Positions 59,899 through 64,000 of a stretch of DNA of 64,000 nucleotides are shown here, piece by piece. The position numbers were made by a program, and so were the translations under genes. The DNA comes from Candidatus Daviesbacteria bacterium RIFCSPLOWO2_01_FULL_39_23 (GTDB lineage: Bacteria > Patescibacteriota > Microgenomatia > Daviesbacterales > UBA10151), in the NCBI GenBank assembly GCA_001776935.1, contig MFDN01000001.1:229449-293448 (forward strand), written 5' to 3'. A model generated the notes under the pieces. That model was not told the DNA's origin. It saw only the letters and a list, made by a program, of their open reading frames with translations, and made no database searches. Within the stretch, counting starts at the first letter, position 1. Every line of letters starts with the position of its first letter.

Positions 59899-61689
59899 TT
59901 AATTTACTTTTATCACCCCCCTCGGTATACCCATAGCACAGGTGATTAAATATTCACCTGCCTTATTTGGGGTAAAGTTAAACACAATTGGCTTACCTTT
60001 TTCAAATACTTCCGGTGTTTGAGTTAAACCTGGTACCATTATACTACCCATACAGCCATAACCATCGTCTTGAACGTCAATCTCCATCCGCACTGGTTGG
60101 CCAACTTTAGCTGTAAATGTGTTTGGTTGAATATCATTATCTTGAGTGTAGGTCATTTTGAGTATCTGGACATCCTCTTGGGATGTAGGCTTAGATACGA
60201 CAGGTTCACTTGTAGCAGCTGGGGTAGGAGTTATTTTCCTTTGGGAAATAGGGGCCGGAGTAGAAGTGGGGGTTGAAGATGGTGTTGGTTGAGGAGTACT
60301 TTGTACGGCAACAATACTATCGCTTCCATCATTTTCTATAACATTAAATGATCCACGGTACATACCCATGGAACAACTAAATTTCAAAACTCCAGTCTCA
60401 GTTGGCGTAAACTCGATAATATTCTCTCCCAAGCTTAGGCCTTTACGGATTTTTAACGAAGAGGATACAAGTGAGCTGGCACAGGTGTTGACATCTTTGG
60501 AGGTAATAACCCACTTAACAGGAATACCTTTTTTGACAGTAAGGGTATTTGGTGAATATCCGGAAGCGTTTTGGACCATTTTAGCTACTTGAACACCATT
60601 CTCCAAAGTAACGTTAGGGTCAGCAGTATCAGATGAAGCTGTGGCAGTGACGTTTAAAGGTGAGAGTAGATTTAAACCAGTTAGATTATAACCGTTAGAG
60701 ATATTAAATATAGCCAGAACAATTACAACAATCCCTGCAAACTTAAAGAAACTTTTAGCAAAAGCGCCTTTCACAACCGAAGTAAGACCACCAATCCCTA
60801 AAAGTCCTGGAGCTGTTCCAATAGCAAAGAAGCCCATTGTTAAAGCTCCTTTAACTGGATCACCTGTACTAATAGCAAAAAGCTGCATTGCCTGAGTGAA
60901 TCCACAGGGTAGAAAGAACGTCATGGCGCCACCGATCATTGAGTTTGTATGGCTGTATTCTTTTTCGTGATGCTCTTTGATGCCTAGTGCCCGGCTTATG
61001 AATTTAGGCAAAGTTATATTTACAGAGCGTAAACGAGGGGAAATATCGATAAGCTGAGCCCCCAGAAGGAACATTACCCCTCCAACAACAATGGTTAGTA
61101 GTCCCAAAACTGTTGGTGAAAGACTAAAAAATGAACCGGCAAAACCAATCACTCCTCCAAAGAAAAAGTAAGAAGCAATCCTGCCAATATTAAAAAATAT
61201 GTGTGGTTTAAATTTTTGTAATGAGGTAGCAGTTGGGTGTTTCTCGGCAAACTTGGCTGATGCTCCCAATACCAATCCTCCAACTAAGGCCATACAAGTA
61301 GAAAAACCCGCTGTTAAGCCAATTAAAAGTACAACCGGTAAACTGGAAAAATTATTAGATGTAGAACCAACCAAACTGAAGATTCCTGCATTACTTGCCA
61401 AAAGATATACAAAAAATAGAATTCCAGCCGCTGCAAGCAAGTCTAAATAATCATGCGGATTTTTTGAAAGGAGAGGTTTTTCTTCCTTCCCAACCTCATA
61501 CCCAGCTGCACCTACTGCTTGAGCAACCTTCTCCTCATCTATTATACCGTTATAATAAATCTCTGCCGTTCCTTTTGTATGGCTGACAGCGCATTTTTCC
61601 ACTCCTGGAACCTTAAGTAGCTCATCCTCAATGAGGATTTCACAGGACCGGCAATGCATCCCCTTAATATGTATTGTTGTGTTTTCCAT
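59899..61689 (-). CDS. HMA-domain / polytopic permease (TauE/DsbD_2-like) / tandem cupredoxin-like domain fusion protein
   Basis: N-terminal GMHCRSCE. Central ~8 transmembrane helices (FSTCMALVGG, FLPCGF). Two C-terminal beta-domains with CSMGMYRG and CAMGIPRG. Confidence 0.5.
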   Translation of the reverse strand: MENTTIHIKGMHCRSCEILIEDELLKVPGVEKCAVSHTKGTAEIYYNGIIDEEKVAQAVGAAGYEVGKEEKPLLSKNPHDYLDLLAAAGILFFVYLLASNAGIFSLVGSTSNNFSSLPVVLLIGLTAGFSTCMALVGGLVLGASAKFAEKHPTATSLQKFKPHIFFNIGRIASYFFFGGVIGFAGSFFSLSPTVLGLLTIVVGGVMFLLGAQLIDISPRLRSVNITLPKFISRALGIKEHHEKEYSHTNSMIGGAMTFFLPCGFTQAMQLFAISTGDPVKGALTMGFFAIGTAPGLLGIGGLTSVVKGAFAKSFFKFAGIVVIVLAIFNISNGYNLTGLNLLSPLNVTATASSDTADPNVTLENGVQVAKMVQNASGYSPNTLTVKKGIPVKWVITSKDVNTCASSLVSSSLKIRKGLSLGENIIEFTPTETGVLKFSCSMGMYRGSFNVIENDGSDSIVAVQSTPQPTPSSTPTSTPAPISQRKITPTPAATSEPVVSKPTSQEDVQILKMTYTQDNDIQPNTFTAKVGQPVRMEIDVQDDGYGCMGSIMVPGLTQTPEVFEKGKPIVFNFTPNKAGEYLITCAMGIPRGVIKVN

Positions 61690-61701
61690 ATAGTAATAAC
61701 T

Positions 61702-62481
61702 TTACTGGGAAAGTTGTTGATCAATGGCTGTTTTTAAATCGCCAAAGGTTTGCGCAAACTCCAAGATTGTTCCCTCCACTTCTCCTGAAGTATTGGTTTT
61801 TCCTAGAAACCAAAGTGGAATTTTATTGATCCCAATATCTTGTGCTACTGCAAAATTTTTCTCAAACTCAGATTGGAATTTACTGCTATCCAAACATTTT
61901 TGGAAAGTGGTTACATTTAAATTTGTTTTTTTTGCCAGAGCGGGGAGATCATCGGCAGTAACATTTGTTCCATCCGATTTCATATTAGCCACAAGTTGGT
62001 CATGGAATTTAAAGTAAGCACTATCTCCCCCTTGATCTTTTGCACAAAGTGCAGCTCCAACTAATGAAGCTGTGGAAGGAATAGGAAGATCCTTATAAAC
62101 GAGTTTGATTTTTCCTGAATCAACATATGTTTTTCTTATTTCCGGTAAAACTTCCGTAAAGAATTTCTTACATTGAGGACAACCGTAGTCGGAAAACCCC
62201 ACTAAGGTAAGTTTATTGTTCTTCTCACCAAGGAGAGGATCTCCTGTAATTGAAAACTTTTTTGATTTAGGCGCCTCAAATGGACTATTGGTAGTAGCAG
62301 CTAAAACTTGCGAAGGAGCTTGAGTTGGCTGAGCTGCCTGGGCAATATTAGTTCCTTTATTTTGTGCTACTGAATTATTGCTTTTTAAGCTCCTGATGGC
62401 AACTAGAATTGTAGTAGAAACAATTAGCGCTCCCAAGATGATTGCTCCTGGGACTGATGTGAATAAAAATTTAGCTAACAT
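61702..62481 (-). CDS. DsbA-like thiol:disulfide oxidoreductase (membrane-anchored)
   Basis: CPQC active site in a thioredoxin fold, with an N-terminal transmembrane helix. Confidence 0.6.
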   Translation of the reverse strand: MLAKFLFTSVPGAIILGALIVSTTILVAIRSLKSNNSVAQNKGTNIAQAAQPTQAPSQVLAATTNSPFEAPKSKKFSITGDPLLGEKNNKLTLVGFSDYGCPQCKKFFTEVLPEIRKTYVDSGKIKLVYKDLPIPSTASLVGAALCAKDQGGDSAYFKFHDQLVANMKSDGTNVTADDLPALAKKTNLNVTTFQKCLDSSKFQSEFEKNFAVAQDIGINKIPLWFLGKTNTSGEVEGTILEFAQTFGDLKTAIDQQLSQ

Positions 62482-62603
62482 ATTTTAGGTGGTATAAATA
62501 AACAAGCTTGAAAACTCACTTTCAAACGTAGTCTTCAAGCTCTGATAATAATACACTACAGACATTAAGATATGATGAAAATAGTATTAATGCTTAAATC
62601 TTA

Positions 62604-62639
62604 AAAAAATACCTCCGAGTGCTTTTGGCTCCTCGGAGG
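62604..62639 (-). terminator. Rho-independent terminator on minus strand (CCTCCGAG-loop-CTCGGAGG followed by U-run)
   Basis: 8-bp perfect stem. The plus-strand AAAAAAAT at 62604-62611 gives the U-tract on the minus transcript. Confidence 0.55.
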
Positions 62640-62661
62640 CAGAAAATCCCTTGAATTTTAA

Positions 62662-62934
62662 TTATTTTTTCAACAAACCATAAACCTTAATAAAAATATA
62701 GCCAACAATCCAAGCTGTTATGGCGGATGAGATTATCCCCAAAATAAATGATGACATTGTTAAATTCCAATTCCCTAATTTACTTAGTTCAATACCATGA
62801 AACCAAGACTCCGCAATAGCAAACGAAATATCTGGAAATAGACCCACCAGTAACCGGCAAACCACATAAACAATAGCTGTTGTAACAGCTAAAGCATTGG
62901 GAATAGCATATGATTGCGTTTTCATGAAAGTCAC
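62662..62934 (-). CDS. small membrane protein
   Basis: 90 aa with 2-3 transmembrane helices. Confidence 0.3.
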   Translation of the reverse strand: MTFMKTQSYAIPNALAVTTAIVYVVCRLLVGLFPDISFAIAESWFHGIELSKLGNWNLTMSSFILGIISSAITAWIVGYIFIKVYGLLKK

Positions 62935-62963
62935 CTCCTTTCTCTCGAATTAACGGAAAAATA

Positions 62964-63311
62964 TTATTGACCCATCATTTGTGTCATACCAGTTCCTCTT
63001 TCCGACATACTGTTTCCTTTAGTCTGCATCATCTGGCCATTTTCTTCTAGCTCTTTACCTTGTTGCATCATTTCCTGATCTCCATATGCTTGACCCTTTT
63101 GCTGCATCATAGCACCGCCACTCATCATCATTTTACCCATCTGCATCATAGTAGAACCGTTATCCTTCATCATAGAAGCTGTTTGATTCATATAGGCTTG
63201 AGAAAAAGGTTTATTATTTTGACCGATAAGATAACCAATAAAACCACCCACTAAAACAGCCACCACTAAATAAACGATGAGATTGCTACCACTGTTATTT
63301 TTTGTTGCCAT
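62964..63311 (-). CDS. Met-rich (MMxxM/MxxMM) exported protein, putative periplasmic copper-binding
   Basis: ATG at 63311 with a GGGAGGTGA SD. Transmembrane/signal segment, then Met-rich repeats (MMQMGKMMMSGGAMMQQ, MMQQGKELEENGQMMQTKGNSM...MTQMMGQ). Confidence 0.45.
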   Translation of the reverse strand: MATKNNSGSNLIVYLVVAVLVGGFIGYLIGQNNKPFSQAYMNQTASMMKDNGSTMMQMGKMMMSGGAMMQQKGQAYGDQEMMQQGKELEENGQMMQTKGNSMSERGTGMTQMMGQ

Positions 63312-63315
63312 ATTT

Positions 63316-63987
63316 TCACCTCCCTTCTGTAAGTTTAATTCCCAAAAGATATTCATAAATTGGTCCAAGAAGAGCTCCCACCCCAAATGCCCAGACAATC
63401 TCCTCAAGAGGAACACCTCGAAGAATAAGTCCCGAAAGATTGTTTATATTCCAATGCATGATAAAATCAGGGATAAAGAAAGCAAATGCTGAGAAGAACA
63501 GGAAATAAAAAAGCCCAAAGAGCAAACCTGAATAAAGGATCTTTCCCAGCAGATCCGGCCTGGTAATAGTCATAAGGGCAATATTAATTATTATTCCGAT
63601 ATAAACTGCGTACATAAAATTTATCTTAAATATTGAGTAGGCAAGAAATATAGCCAAAATTCCAACACCTAAAACCAAGCCAGGTAAAAGTTCTCCTTTG
63701 AAACAACTACAAAGCCTCTGATGTTTAATCTTGCCTTTCATAAATAACTCATACAGCACTGCAACAATACCCCCTACAGCAAAAGTAAAAATGAAATCTT
63801 CAATAGAGAGCTTGGGGTTGCCAATAGTATCAGGAAGCCAATAGCCAGGAACAAAGAAAAGCTCAGATAGAGCAGCAGGGGTAATAATAAGGCTTGCAAT
63901 AAGCATCTCTTTCCTTAATTTCTTTTGGGAAATAAAAATTAAAAGCCAGATAACAAGTAGCAGCAATGAACCGAGCAGATAGTGCAT
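63316..63987 (-). CDS. polytopic membrane protein
   Basis: 223 aa and hydrophobic throughout. It forms an operon with the Met-rich protein. Confidence 0.3.
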   Translation of the reverse strand: MHYLLGSLLLLVIWLLIFISQKKLRKEMLIASLIITPAALSELFFVPGYWLPDTIGNPKLSIEDFIFTFAVGGIVAVLYELFMKGKIKHQRLCSCFKGELLPGLVLGVGILAIFLAYSIFKINFMYAVYIGIIINIALMTITRPDLLGKILYSGLLFGLFYFLFFSAFAFFIPDFIMHWNINNLSGLILRGVPLEEIVWAFGVGALLGPIYEYLLGIKLTEGR

Positions 63988-64000
63988 ATATTCAGTGTAT

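Noticed and set aside
34763-64000. Direct repeat of the tRNA-Gly 3' end marking attR
   Set aside because: Only short chance matches (CCACCGCTGCT inside the permease gene) were found. Serine integrases need only a 2-bp crossover, so absence is expected. The right boundary is left unresolved.
1-64000. CRISPR arrays, rRNA genes
   Set aside because: No regularly spaced direct repeats with unique spacers and no rRNA-like conserved stretches were seen. The only phased repeats are the ATGG boxes upstream of mraZ.

Overview
This window looks like an AT-rich, CPR/Patescibacteria-like bacterial chromosome. It has small proteins, a compact dcw cluster and many 4-nt gene overlaps. 

Bases 1–33.8 kb are core chromosome. 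In order they carry a 5'-partial DUF4012-like gene, recO, glyQS, and a dcw cell-wall/division cluster. The cluster runs mraZ-rsmH-ftsL-ftsI-murE-(truncated murB)-murA-murF-mraY-ftsW-[HAD hydrolase + IS200/RAYT-like transposase]-murG-ftsQ-ftsA-ftsZ. After the cluster come ileS, a second SEDS gene, rplU-rpmA, parB, lepB, tRNA-Val and a surface-polysaccharide cluster (flippase, methyltransferase, GT2, O-antigen-ligase-like, GT-C). 

At 34.7 kb a tRNA-Gly(CCC) is followed directly by a large serine recombinase, and accessory DNA continues to the end of the window. That DNA carries an ImmA/XRE–Cro lysogeny switch, DUF3800, two DNA methyltransferases (C5 and a ParB-nuclease–N6/N4 fusion), terS/terL-like genes, an ECF sigma/anti-sigma module with PepSY-like secreted proteins, and a portal-like gene. 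Further along sit a higher-GC AbrB–MacB-type ABC exporter cassette flanked by ~80-nt direct repeats that encode small transmembrane peptides, and a copper-homeostasis operon (copA with an unusual C-terminal extension, copZ, an HMA–permease–cupredoxin protein, DsbA, a Met-rich protein). 

The strongest non-coding signals are four ATGG repeats at exact 10-bp phasing upstream of mraZ (candidate MraZ operator), a dispersed ~70-nt intergenic repeat (one copy overlapping the murE 3' end), a 19-bp element shared by the cro and integrase-operon promoters, and a GC-rich ~280-nt leader before ileS. No CRISPR array or rRNA was seen.
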